24,216 nucleotides of DNA, from positions 1 to 24,216 of IMG/VR virus record IMGVR_UViG_3300020045_011289, one strand, 5' to 3'. Positions 8,401 to 18,100 of the stretch are shown here, piece after piece. How positions within the stretch are numbered: the first letter of the stretch is position 1; every line of letters begins with the position of its first letter. Made by a program: the position numbers and the translations under genes. Below the pieces are notes generated by a model, which did no database searches, was not told the DNA's origin, and was given only the letters and a program-made list of their open reading frames with translations. Source of the DNA: a virus. Its lineage: Duplodnaviria; Caudoviricetes.

Positions 8401-8889
8401 ATGGCATCTAACTATTACGTTAATGGCAATACGCTGGTAACGGCAGACGGTTCCGAGCTTGGCCTTAGTGAAGGTTCCGTTACCATTTCCATACAGCCCA
8501 AGCACCTTGATATTAAGGTTAGCACTTTCGGGGAAACTGTACCCGAAATGCAAGCCATGCTGGCCGAGGCTACCATCAATATGGTACTGGTTTACTTTGA
8601 CCCCGACGTGGTAGAGACGGTTCTTCGCAAAAGCATGGCAGCGGGTACACTCGGCCAAATGCCGGTTGCGGGTACACTGATGGGGGCTGGTGGTTTCTTC
8701 ACTAGCCTCAAGGTCAATAGCCCCACGGGTGGTAGGCCCTGGACCTTCCCCGGTGCCGTGCTTACAGGGAACCCAGTTAGCTGGCCTCTGGGTAACGAGC
8801 GGACCTTGCTGCAAATGAACTTCCGGGCTATCCCCTACTCCAGCGACCCTCACACGGCAGCCGGAGCCGTCTTATTCAGCCGCGCCTAA
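8401..8889 (+). CDS. tail tube-like protein, paralog 1
   Basis: ELGLSEGSVTISIQP motif matches the 'lG.t.ggv.i' tail-tube pattern; size 162 aa; position between neck and chaperone genes. Confidence 0.7.
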   Translation: MASNYYVNGNTLVTADGSELGLSEGSVTISIQPKHLDIKVSTFGETVPEMQAMLAEATINMVLVYFDPDVVETVLRKSMAAGTLGQMPVAGTLMGAGGFFTSLKVNSPTGGRPWTFPGAVLTGNPVSWPLGNERTLLQMNFRAIPYSSDPHTAAGAVLFSRA

Positions 8890-8925
8890 CCTACAGTCTC
8901 TTTCTCTCAGGAAAAAGGGTGGGCT

Positions 8926-9411
8926 ATGGCCAACGGCTTTTACATCCAGGGGAATACTACTGTAACCACCACGGAAGGCGAATTGGGCTACAGTGAGGGA
9001 CTTATCAAGGTCTCCCCGATGTTCCATTATCGGGACATAAACTCAGACGACTTTCCTAACTCCCCGGCTTTTGTGTTATGGATGCTAGGAGAAGTTTCTA
9101 TCGAAATGACCTTAGTTTATTTCGACCCTACTATCCTCTATCAGATAATGGAGGTTAGTATGGGTAACGCTTCTGTATTGGGTACGTTCGGTCCAGCAGG
9201 TAAAATAATGGCGGGTACGGTACTTACCCTGGAAACAGAGGGGGGAGAAAACAGCGATGAGTGGTCCTTCCCTAAAGCCTTTCTCTCAGAAAGACCTGTG
9301 GTATGGCCACTAGGAAACGAGCGTAGTGCAGTTAGCCTAACCTGGAGAGCCGTTGGTACACCCACAGCTAGTACCAATATGGTTAGCAGCGGAGTAAGGT
9401 TGTTTAGTTAG
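8926..9411 (+). CDS. tail tube-like protein, paralog 2
   Basis: Colinear with 8401-8889: GNT.VT..G-ELG.SEG, M.LVYFDP, W.FP.A.L...PV.WPLGNER, and VLFS/RLFS ends. Confidence 0.7.
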   Translation: MANGFYIQGNTTVTTTEGELGYSEGLIKVSPMFHYRDINSDDFPNSPAFVLWMLGEVSIEMTLVYFDPTILYQIMEVSMGNASVLGTFGPAGKIMAGTVLTLETEGGENSDEWSFPKAFLSERPVVWPLGNERSAVSLTWRAVGTPTASTNMVSSGVRLFS

Positions 9412-9430
9412 TAGCACAACAGGAGGAGCT

Positions 9431-9943
9431 ATGTTTTCACGTTTTTGGGCCTGGCTGAAAGCCTGGTTTGTTAAGCCTGATGACAGTATCTATCAGCCGA
9501 CGGAGAGGTTGATTTATAGCTATTTCAATGGGGAAAAGCTAGTCATAGCCGATCCGCAAGTGCTGTACAGGGCCCTGATGGATGTGGCTCCGGAACTAAG
9601 CGCGGATATTAACACCAGCAATAGCCAGAGTAAGTTTTGGAAGCAAGCCAACGATAACGCGGTAAAGAATGTTCGCAATATCTTTTCCATCAAACCATTG
9701 CCAGAGGGTGGGCTAGGCGAACTGGAATTGTTTGAATTGCTTTTTCACTTCATAGACTATTGCGACCGCTTAAAAAAAGTGCGGAGCCCCTCTCAGATGT
9801 CCTCGGTGAGTTTGGCGGCTCCGATACCTACTTCCGAGGTCAAAAGCCAACCTATCGACAATACTTTGGCCTCTGGCTCAACAGAAAAAGAGCCTTCTAC
9901 CGTAGAGCCGGAGCCGTCGCCTACGGAGCCAGTGTTGCTCTAG
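9431..9943 (+). CDS. tail assembly chaperone (gpG-like)
   Basis: AGGAGGAG RBS; lies between tube and tape-measure-like genes; contains slippery site A AAA AAA at 9772-9778. Confidence 0.75.
   Translation: MFSRFWAWLKAWFVKPDDSIYQPTERLIYSYFNGEKLVIADPQVLYRALMDVAPELSADINTSNSQSKFWKQANDNAVKNVRNIFSIKPLPEGGLGELELFELLFHFIDYCDRLKKVRSPSQMSSVSLAAPIPTSEVKSQPIDNTLASGSTEKEPSTVEPEPSPTEPVLL
9772..9839 (+). promoter_or_regulatory. programmed -1 ribosomal frameshift signal with candidate pseudoknot
   Basis: TTA AAA AAA GTG gives an X XXY YYZ heptamer. Stem 1: CGGAGCC 9782-9788 / GGCTCCG 9817-9823. Stem 2: CCTCGG 9801-9806 / CCGAGG 9834-9839. Confidence 0.7.
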
Positions 9944-10053
9944 GGTCTATCCAACCGGCTTTGGATTATTACTTGGCCCAGGCCAGTGGTAAGAGCGAAG
10001 CCTTATTGATGAAGGCCATGCAAGAGATGGCCCAACAGAGTAAGAAGGCTTGA
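9772..10053 (+). CDS. -1 frameshift extension of the tail chaperone (gpT-like part of gpGT)
   Basis: The ORF in the -1 frame relative to 9431 has no good independent start, is open across the slippery heptamer, and ends 1 nt before the next gene. Confidence 0.75.
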   Translation, partial: KKSAEPLSDVLGEFGGSDTYFRGQKPTYRQYFGLWLNRKRAFYRRAGAVAYGASVALGSIQPALDYYLAQASGKSEALLMKAMQEMAQQSKKA

Positions 10054-10054
10054 T

Positions 10055-10897
10055 ATGAGCATAGCTTCCGTATTAGCAGCCTTAGCACCCAAGGTTGCCC
10101 AATTAGCCTCTGCCCAGGCCAATGGTGGGCGTGGTATGCTTGCTAATGCCTATGCCCAATATGGTCGAAGCCTGCAATTCGCTAACGCCGATCCACCTCC
10201 AGGTATGAGCGAAGCGGAACGGGTTAAGTGGCGGCAAGAACAAAGGCAAAGGCGCTTACAGGGCATCCAGATACAAGAGCAAGGAGCCCCCCAACTGGAG
10301 GAAACCCTTGGCCAAGCTGGCAAGATTGCTAATCAGATAAACCCTTTTGGCAAGAGCGGGACACAAGCGGCTAGTGGTTTACTCCAGGGGGCTGGTAGTG
10401 CAGCTGGTATGATGGGCGGACCCTGGGGTAAAGCAGCAGAGGTAGGGCTAAAATTCACGGCTGCTCTAGTGGAGTCCATAGACAAGCTCCGTAATTGGGG
10501 CAACCAATTGCATGAAAACAATATGCAATTCGCGGAGTATAGTGCTAGTATGGCCCGCGTGCAAGCTGCCAGTGAGGTCCAAGAATTCTACTTAAAGCAA
10601 TCTCAGGGCGACCGTAGGGCACAAAGCGCGGAGTATCTATCGGAAAGCCGGGCCGATATGAATAAGGCTTTCGCACCCCTGGAGAATCTTTGGGCCAAGG
10701 TAGAAAATTATGTAAGTGGTTCTTTGATGAAAGCCGTGACGAACCTGATGCTGCCCGTAACTGTTATTGCCGAGTTCTTAGATAGTGCTACCTCCGGAGA
10801 TACCGGAGATAGTATTGATGCCTCCCGCTGGGCTTACGAAGTTGCCCAGGGCGACCACGAAAGAGTTATCCAAAGTAGACCCAGGAATATGCGATGA
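10055..10897 (+). CDS. short tape-measure-like protein (280 aa)
   Basis: Immediately after G/GT; A/Q/G-rich helical sequence with GAAGMMGGPWG and F.PLENLW.K patterns typical of tape measures. Confidence 0.6.
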   Translation: MSIASVLAALAPKVAQLASAQANGGRGMLANAYAQYGRSLQFANADPPPGMSEAERVKWRQEQRQRRLQGIQIQEQGAPQLEETLGQAGKIANQINPFGKSGTQAASGLLQGAGSAAGMMGGPWGKAAEVGLKFTAALVESIDKLRNWGNQLHENNMQFAEYSASMARVQAASEVQEFYLKQSQGDRRAQSAEYLSESRADMNKAFAPLENLWAKVENYVSGSLMKAVTNLMLPVTVIAEFLDSATSGDTGDSIDASRWAYEVAQGDHERVIQSRPRNMR

Positions 10898-11068
10898 GCG
10901 TTCCAGCTGTTGTTATCAAAGTGCTTAAAGCCGTGCCCAAGCTCCTGAAGAATCAGGAGATTGTCAAGAAACTAGGGAAAGCTCTAGTGGCCCGGCTAAG
11001 GCGAGAAACAGGTAGCCCCACACCAGAAGAACAGCCTAGCGATAGTAGACCAAGGAATATGCGATGAG
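10874..11068 (+). repeat. 25-bp direct repeat AGTAGACC(C/A)AGGAATATGCGATGAG at 10874-10898 and 11044-11068
   Basis: 24 of 25 positions identical, read directly; each copy contains an AGGA RBS and an ATGA stop/start junction. Confidence 0.95.
10894..11067 (+). CDS. 57-aa mini-protein missed by the ORF track (MSVPAVVIKVLKAVPKLLKNQEIVKKLGKALVARLRRETGSPTPEEQPSDSRPRNMR)
   Basis: ATGA overlaps at both ends (10894-10897 and 11064-11067); fills the gap exactly; shares the C-terminal SRPRNMR with the upstream gene. Confidence 0.75.
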   Translation: MSVPAVVIKVLKAVPKLLKNQEIVKKLGKALVARLRRETGSPTPEEQPSDSRPRNMR

Positions 11069-12272
11069 TATTCATACCTACAACGATATTACCTTTATGG
11101 CCCCTCTACACACCTCTTTCTCTCAGGAGTGTGTGTATGACCCCTCCGATACAGACAGGGAATTTGTCAAGCTGGACGTAACGGTCCAAAGCCTGGTCAC
11201 TCCCGATACGGCAGCTGGTATGGGGATTGCAGGAGGCTTTGATACGAGTGCAGCTGTTATGGCTAAGTATATGCGTGAGAAGTTAATGGTGCCCCGCAAA
11301 GCCTGGAGCATCAAGAGTAGTAATGTGGAACTGATTCCAAGCCACGGAGCCACCGTAGACGCCAAGAATGGCCCTCACCCTCAATCTTTTAATTTCACCA
11401 TGATGACGGAGCAAACCTTCATTGCTACCTTCCGGTGTATTGGCCACTTTTCCACAGTTGATATAGATGAACCCCGTAACTACTTTACTAGTGTTAGGTG
11501 GTCGGATAGTGTTGAGATTGACGACCTAAACTATACTACGCGCACCCGTAGAGGTAGGTATCGTATCCGCAGTGATAACCAAAACAAGCAGGAGATAGAT
11601 CGTATCCGTAGGGCCGTAGCTATTTTGGGTGTTCCTCAAGGCTTCCTCCGCAAAAGCTCACAGTACACTCTTAGTGAAGATGGTTTGCAGATTGATTTTA
11701 CCATCCAGGATCAAGAGGTTTTTCGGGTCCCCCCCGCTCCGGCTTTTAGGTCCAAAGGCACTTACACAGAAACCACCACAAAAAACGGGGCTATGCGGCA
11801 TGGAGCTATTCGCTTAGACCTGTGGGGAGATAAGGTCACTAGCCCAGCGGTACTCCTGAAGAAGTGTATTGAGGTAGCAGCAGCCAAGCTGTTATTGGTA
11901 GGGGGAGCCCAACAGCGGGAAAGGCGGTTTGCCAGATTAGAGCAATGTGATTTTGGTACGGACCTCTACGAAAATCATTGCTGGTGTAATATGAGGTGCC
12001 TACTTAATACCAGGCACGAGCAGGCTAATGACCCAAGATTGCGCGTTAATGGAGTAGCTACTATCGACTTCGATGCTATCACCAGAGCCCCTCTATACAG
12101 TGCAGCAAACAACGTCACACCACCAAAATACTTGGACCTGGGTACGGCTGCTCTATTCCTTCAGGCTGCACGCTATTTTGACCCAGGAGCAACCATTACG
12201 CTTAACTCGGCTACGGGTGATACTACAGTAGCCCCCTTGGGTGTAATCCCAGGTACAGGAAGGGACACCTAA
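11064..12272 (+). CDS. putative tail-tip/distal tail structural protein (402 aa)
   Basis: Long ORF after the tape measure; alternating beta-strand pattern; function inferred from position only. Confidence 0.5.
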   Translation: MSIHTYNDITFMAPLHTSFSQECVYDPSDTDREFVKLDVTVQSLVTPDTAAGMGIAGGFDTSAAVMAKYMREKLMVPRKAWSIKSSNVELIPSHGATVDAKNGPHPQSFNFTMMTEQTFIATFRCIGHFSTVDIDEPRNYFTSVRWSDSVEIDDLNYTTRTRRGRYRIRSDNQNKQEIDRIRRAVAILGVPQGFLRKSSQYTLSEDGLQIDFTIQDQEVFRVPPAPAFRSKGTYTETTTKNGAMRHGAIRLDLWGDKVTSPAVLLKKCIEVAAAKLLLVGGAQQRERRFARLEQCDFGTDLYENHCWCNMRCLLNTRHEQANDPRLRVNGVATIDFDAITRAPLYSAANNVTPPKYLDLGTAALFLQAARYFDPGATITLNSATGDTTVAPLGVIPGTGRDT

Positions 12273-12273
12273 C

Positions 12274-12831
12274 ATGGCTGCCGACAATCCAGGTAGTAAT
12301 AAACCTACCGACTTTCAGCCTGTTACTGTCCCACAGGCCGATATAGGCAATGTCCAGCCCTCCGATAGTAGGGCCTTATACAATGAGGCCGATAATGATG
12401 GTGTTTATACTGATTACCATACCAATCATAGGTATGAGACCGATCATCACAAATACATGGCCGGTATTACCAGTGCCAATGGCTTTAAGGGTGGTAAGGC
12501 AGCCTTTTTCCAACTAGCTGCTCCTACCACTCTGTTGATTGTTGATTGGACCCTGGAGAGGCGTGCGGATGCTGGGGATTATCCTATCTGGCCTACCAGT
12601 GATCCCCAAGATGGTAACACTATCCTCCTAGATAAAATCCTAGAGCCAGCTGTATTAGGAGTAGGCGCGGATGGTGTAACAGTTATCTACCGTTTAAGTG
12701 GGACCTATGTTTATGGGTTTCTCTCTACCGACCTGATTATCTACTATCACGGTAGGCCCCCCTGGATGGATCAATTCGTTAATTCGGAAGTCTACACCAC
12801 CAAACAAAAGCCAAAGATCATCACGAATTAA
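12274..12831 (+). CDS. putative tail-tip structural protein (185 aa)
   Basis: Starts 1 nt after the previous stop; beta-rich (YRLSGTYVY); function inferred from position. Confidence 0.5.
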   Translation: MAADNPGSNKPTDFQPVTVPQADIGNVQPSDSRALYNEADNDGVYTDYHTNHRYETDHHKYMAGITSANGFKGGKAAFFQLAAPTTLLIVDWTLERRADAGDYPIWPTSDPQDGNTILLDKILEPAVLGVGADGVTVIYRLSGTYVYGFLSTDLIIYYHGRPPWMDQFVNSEVYTTKQKPKIITN

Positions 12832-12840
12832 GGGCAATAT

Positions 12841-14238
12841 ATGGCTATCTCATTCTCCAGTGCCACGGGCAACTTGTTCAACCGCTTAGGCTCCCTTGGC
12901 CAGTTGTTAGTTGAGTTGCGGAGCTTCCATACCCTTCTCTTGGCCGAGATGACGAATACCACAGATGGCGTGGTAGGCCAATACAATGGAGAGAGTGATA
13001 TACAAGCCCTGATGGGTAGTAGCTACCAGTCCGCGCTTTCTAGTGCTGAGTCTATCGGAGGCACAGCCCAACAGCTGGCTATCCTTACTGTCAACCGTAT
13101 GGTATTCCGTGATAACCCCCAAGCTAACCAAACTCTTAACAGTACCAATACTACGGCCTCCATCCTGGAAATCATCCGGCAAATGAAAGCCCAGGGAGCT
13201 ACGATCCAAGCCCAAACTGTTACAGGCACCACCAGCAGCTTTACAGGAGAAGGCAACGGAGCTATCACGATTAGTACGAAACGGTGGGATGGTTTAACTC
13301 AGGAGAACCTCTATGCGGAGACCATTCTGGCGTCTTGCACATCGGATAGTTATTCGACGGGTGCTCCTGTCGGCAATGAAGGTTTTACCGTTACCGGGCA
13401 AGGCCAACAAAATGATAGGTTCTCCTTTGATTGGCCGTTAGGCAGCAATTGCCAGACCTCCATAAGCGCGATTGATGGTAGCGAAGATAACACGGAAGGT
13501 AATATCCTTACCAATAGTGGGTTTGATACCTTCACGGTAGCCAACACTCCGGACAACTGGACCATAGTAACAGGTGTAGTAGGTACGGATATCTTCTCCG
13601 AGGCAACCCTGGTCTATGATAGCGGAGCGACGGCACTAAGGTTGCTGGGAGATGGGGCAACCCTTATCAACCTTACCCAAACCTTCGATGTATCCACGGG
13701 AACTTCCGGCAATCTTACAGCCGGCACCCAATACAGTTGCAACGCTTATATGCGCCGGGATGGTACTGCTGCCGGTGCTGGTGTACTTACTATTGACCTT
13801 ATTGATGGCAACAATGCGATTGTCCAGGATGACCAAGGGACTAACAACACCTTCACCATCGACCTAACAGCACTTACTACAAGTTATGCTGCCTACAATG
13901 GCATTTTCCGTACTCCTTCCCGTATGCCGGATACACTTAAATTCCGCTTCCGTCTTACTACGGCTTTAACCAGCGGGCGTAGTGTTTACCTGGATAAGAT
14001 GAGCTTGGGAGCTATGACGGAACTGTATACGGGTGGACCTAGTGCGGCTATCCATGCTGGTAGTGATCCCTTCGTTATTGGTGACTATGGCACCATGACC
14101 ACAACCAACAATCGGGGTGGACAAAGCAACCTGGCAAGTTTTGGTGTACTGTTAGAAAGGTTTTTCCAACTAAGTAACCTCGATATACTCTTTCCTTCCG
14201 CCTCTTCGCCCTCAGTGCCGGATTCGCTCATCCAGTAA
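12841..14238 (+). CDS. virion structural protein with a carbohydrate-binding-module-like (CBM4/9-type) domain
   Basis: T/G/S-rich. NILTNSGFD....PDNW ... LTQT ... LTAGTQY ... VYLDKMSL matches the galactose-binding jelly-roll pattern. Confidence 0.6.
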   Translation: MAISFSSATGNLFNRLGSLGQLLVELRSFHTLLLAEMTNTTDGVVGQYNGESDIQALMGSSYQSALSSAESIGGTAQQLAILTVNRMVFRDNPQANQTLNSTNTTASILEIIRQMKAQGATIQAQTVTGTTSSFTGEGNGAITISTKRWDGLTQENLYAETILASCTSDSYSTGAPVGNEGFTVTGQGQQNDRFSFDWPLGSNCQTSISAIDGSEDNTEGNILTNSGFDTFTVANTPDNWTIVTGVVGTDIFSEATLVYDSGATALRLLGDGATLINLTQTFDVSTGTSGNLTAGTQYSCNAYMRRDGTAAGAGVLTIDLIDGNNAIVQDDQGTNNTFTIDLTALTTSYAAYNGIFRTPSRMPDTLKFRFRLTTALTSGRSVYLDKMSLGAMTELYTGGPSAAIHAGSDPFVIGDYGTMTTTNNRGGQSNLASFGVLLERFFQLSNLDILFPSASSPSVPDSLIQ

Positions 14239-14276
14239 CGCATAACCACAACAACATATGAGCATGCACAACAACC

Positions 14277-15167
14277 ATGAACCCCTTGCTATCTCTGGTC
14301 TATCTGACCTATCGGCCTGGTGGTATTGACCTGTTAGCTGACGGCTTAGCCAGGCAGGATAACAATTATGAGCTTATCGTAGTGGATGATTACCCAGGAA
14401 GGGTAGCCCGTGGTAAGGCCCAGGAGTACCTCCTGGAAAAAGGTATCAACCTGGCTTGGTATGGCCAATCTAAAATCCCAATCCGCACGGGTAAACATGG
14501 CCTAGCCAACGCCATGAATACGGGTGCCTTGCATGCGCGTTGTTCGCATGTGGTCTACCTCCACGATTATACCTGGCTACCACCTGGAGCTATGACCCAA
14601 TGGGTACAGAGCTTTCGGGAGAAATGCCCACATACGATCCTGCAAGGCATGGCTTATATCCATGCTACGCCCACCCCGTCTGAGAACACCGATCTAACCA
14701 TTTGGCCCCAATTCCAGGCCAACCCTACTAGATGTTTCTCTCAGGAAATCCATGCGTGGAAACCGGAAAGGCATGAGAATTTTTATTGTGGCGTACCACT
14801 GGCTTTCCTGGAAAAAACCAATGGGATAGATGAGAGGGCCGAGGGCGATATTGCTTGGCCGTTGTATAGTATGGTTCGCCAAGCCCAATTGCACCGTTAC
14901 AACTTTACGGTGGACTGGCGGTTAAAAATCTGGATGGCGGATCATAGGAATTGGCATGATAAGAACGACCCCCAACAATGGCACGCGGAAAAACGTGGTA
15001 AGGCTATCCCCCAGACCCAACCGGAGTGGTCAGCAGTAAGCGAAAACTCTTACGATTTTGCCAACCTTCGCCAGCTGATTATCGACCCTTATCCTACTAC
15101 CTTGCCTTCTTCTCAGGAAAATAATGGGAGAGGCGAAGTAGAAGTGTTGACCCGATTCTATCTTTAG
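14277..15167 (+). CDS. glycosyltransferase family 2 (GT-A fold)
   Basis: LSLVYLTYR, LARQ..YELIVVDD, ANAMNTG...AR..HVVYLHD (DxD-equivalent), LEKTNGIDER (GGFDE-like). Confidence 0.85.
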   Translation: MNPLLSLVYLTYRPGGIDLLADGLARQDNNYELIVVDDYPGRVARGKAQEYLLEKGINLAWYGQSKIPIRTGKHGLANAMNTGALHARCSHVVYLHDYTWLPPGAMTQWVQSFREKCPHTILQGMAYIHATPTPSENTDLTIWPQFQANPTRCFSQEIHAWKPERHENFYCGVPLAFLEKTNGIDERAEGDIAWPLYSMVRQAQLHRYNFTVDWRLKIWMADHRNWHDKNDPQQWHAEKRGKAIPQTQPEWSAVSENSYDFANLRQLIIDPYPTTLPSSQENNGRGEVEVLTRFYL

Positions 15168-15180
15168 TGAGAAGTGCTGT

Positions 15181-18100
15181 ATGGCCTCCTTTACCTATAA
15201 GCTGACCTATGCCGGTATCCCTTTTGTTACCGATGTAGCCCGAACAATTCCACTAGCCTCTGAGATGCGCGGAGGTACTAACCCCAAAGACCAACCACCC
15301 GCCAAGCATCAGGTAGAGTTAGACTTGGTAGACGAATTAAACCGGTTGCTTCCGTGGCAATACCTGGCTGATTTTGCTCCGCCTAGCCAATATCCTGGGA
15401 GAAACCTAGCAGCAGTAGCCCGCGCCTATGATGTAGGCCCCTACCCGAATGCTACGGTTCGCATAGGCGACTATTACTATCCTACAGGAGCGGCCCGGTG
15501 GGGAGTCTTTAGGGGTTTGGCAACGAGTAGCATGGTCAAGGAAATGGTTGCCCTATCCTTTGCTAATGCTACCACTACAGCCAAAGAATTTGTGATGCAA
15601 GCCGTGCCTCAACTGGTGAATGGGGCCAACGAAATTGAGTACACGGTTACTACCGACTTGTATATGCTCCCACCCAGGCCCTTGGCAGAACACGGGGCCA
15701 ACTTTGATGGGCTTTTCCTTGTTACCCTGGTAGATGAGAGATGGTATTGGCAATACAAGAGTGTTAGCCTTTCTCCCAGGGAAGGCCCCGTGGGTAGGAC
15801 CAGTTGGAATAACCTCATCAGTACCGTGGCTACCGCTTTGGGTATTAGCCTCTCAGCAACCATTGCAGACGATTATCTCTACCCAGAACCGGATAGCCAG
15901 CTATTTTGCAGGGAACAAAATGCAGCGGTGGTGCTGGACGCCATAGCCGCTAACCTCGGGCTTACCCTTGTGCGAAAGCTAGATGGCACGTTTTCCCTTC
16001 TTACCAATACCGCCAGCCAAACGCTAGTAAACTCCAATAGAGGCACGGCAACCGATTGCATTCGCACAGCGGGTGGAGACCTGTTTTCCACTGTTACCCA
16101 ATTGCCGGCGGGTATCCTTACCTCTGCCAAGAATGCGATTTTGCCAGCTAATATCAAGGTATGTTTTCCTGCTTATATCGAACCGCGTTACAGCGGCCCA
16201 GGAGCAGGGGATAGCAACGATCCTTCTGCTAGTGGTAAAGCTCCCATACCTTACCTGGTAAATGCTCGGTATGCGAACAAGCGGCCTAGCACTCAGTATG
16301 AAGATGGTTTCGGTAGCGTCTGGACTAAAACCATTGCAATTAGTGCGGCTGGCAGCAACTACACGGGTTTAGGCGGGCTAGGCACCCATACGATCCATAG
16401 CACAGCCAAGGCCCTCTTCGATTGTGAGGCCGATCTTAGTGGCAACCCACGGAACAATACCGAGCTATCCGCTTTAGCCTTACAGCTGGCCAAAAACTAT
16501 TGGGATGGCCTTTCTCTCAGTGCTCTGGATGAAGTCTATCCGGGTACTTATGCCTGGAGCCCCGAGGGTTACAATGACATTATTTGGACCTATTCGAGCC
16601 GAAGTAGGTTAGCCTCTACGCGCGTTTTTCGTAGTGAGTGGAACCAAATTGTTAGGGAATACCAACACTCAACTACGCGCGTTCCTAGGGGGGTAGGCGG
16701 GCCGAGTATCCCCCTGACGATTCGGGATTCTTTCTCAGGAGACATCAGCCATACAGTTACGAATCTCTACAGTGGTAGTTATACGGCTATCTTCGATAGT
16801 GTTACCAGCCTACCCACGCAAAATAGATGGAAAGGACTGGTCAACAGTACCGAAAGGGTGCTCTTCGAGGGTACCAGTGGAGGCACTACGGTTGATGTGG
16901 TACAGCGTGGGATTGATGGCACGGAGATGGGTAACTGGGTTTCTGTTACCTGTACCCAAATTACTGGCAATACTACCTATGGCATTAACCTGGAAACCAC
17001 GGAGAAAATGCAGTTTGTATATCCCGCTGAGTGGACTAGCGGCGGGTTACAGGGTATTCGACGGGTGCCACAAACGCAAACAGTCATGGCCCTTTCGGAC
17101 GAATATACTACCATCCAAGGTCTAAGGCATCATTCGGGTTATGTAGAGTCCTTTGATAGTGTTAATAATACCTACCCCAACCAAGAATTGATATGGATTA
17201 TTGAAAGGAATGAAGCCGGAGTTACCAGTGGTAGGCGCTATGATGGGCAAATTGCCGGCTATGCGGCGGGTACTCCACCGATCCGACCAGTCTACCTAGT
17301 TAATGAGGGGGAAACGGCTACAGGGACTGTCTATGTTACCCTGGGCACCAATCAAACAGATTACACTCTACCTAACGCTAGGCGCTTAGTCATCACTACT
17401 AGCGGTAGGTTCCGGTTTTTCTCCTTTGCTCCCTCTGTTAATCGCAAGATTGAAATTATCAACCAGGGGCCAGACAAGATTATCTATGAGGGGGAAAGCC
17501 CTTTTGGTACAGCAGCGGGCCGCATTGCTATCCCCTTTAATCCTACTCCTACTCTCTACCTTTCAGGGGGTGCCCCGGAAACCGACCCGAGTAGCCGCTA
17601 CCAAGCGGATTGTATGCAGCATCCGAACCAAACCTTAGTCCTGGAGTATGTAGGGGCAGGTACCTCGGGTGGAAAGTATAAGATCGAAAATCCACCGGCC
17701 AAGCATACGGTAAGGACGGTCTACTTCACGGACAGCGTAGCAGTAGGACAACCTGTCTATATTCGCTCTGGTGTGGGCTACAGTGGTCTCCCCCAAGTAA
17801 CCATTGCCCAAGCTAACTTTGATGTGAGCGGAGTGCAACAAAGGCACCCCACAATGGGCCTGGCTACAAACACTTTTACTTCAGGGGAGATAGGCGAAAT
17901 AACCACGGAAGGCCCTCTATACAACGTGGATACCAGAAATTTCACGGTTGGGGATCGGGTTTATCTCAATGTCTCAGGGAGCGCGTTCTTTACAGCCACG
18001 CCTTTAGGGATGGCCAGCGGCACCAATGGTATGGGCTCGGGTATCCAGCAGCCTATCGGACACGTTACCACGGTAGGCCAGAGTGGTTCTATCCATGTTC

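Noticed and set aside
8239-8853. 204-aa minus-strand ORF and the other short antisense or alternate-frame ORFs within 100-20560
   Set aside because: Shadows of well-supported + strand structural genes with no coherent protein features.
9760-10053. Independent 97-aa gene starting at TTG 9760
   Set aside because: No RBS; better explained as the -1 frameshift extension of 9431-9943.
10874-11068. Direct repeats as a mini-CRISPR array or attL/attR pair
   Set aside because: Only two copies, 145 bp apart, with an intact coupled ORF between them; no cas or integrase gene in the window.
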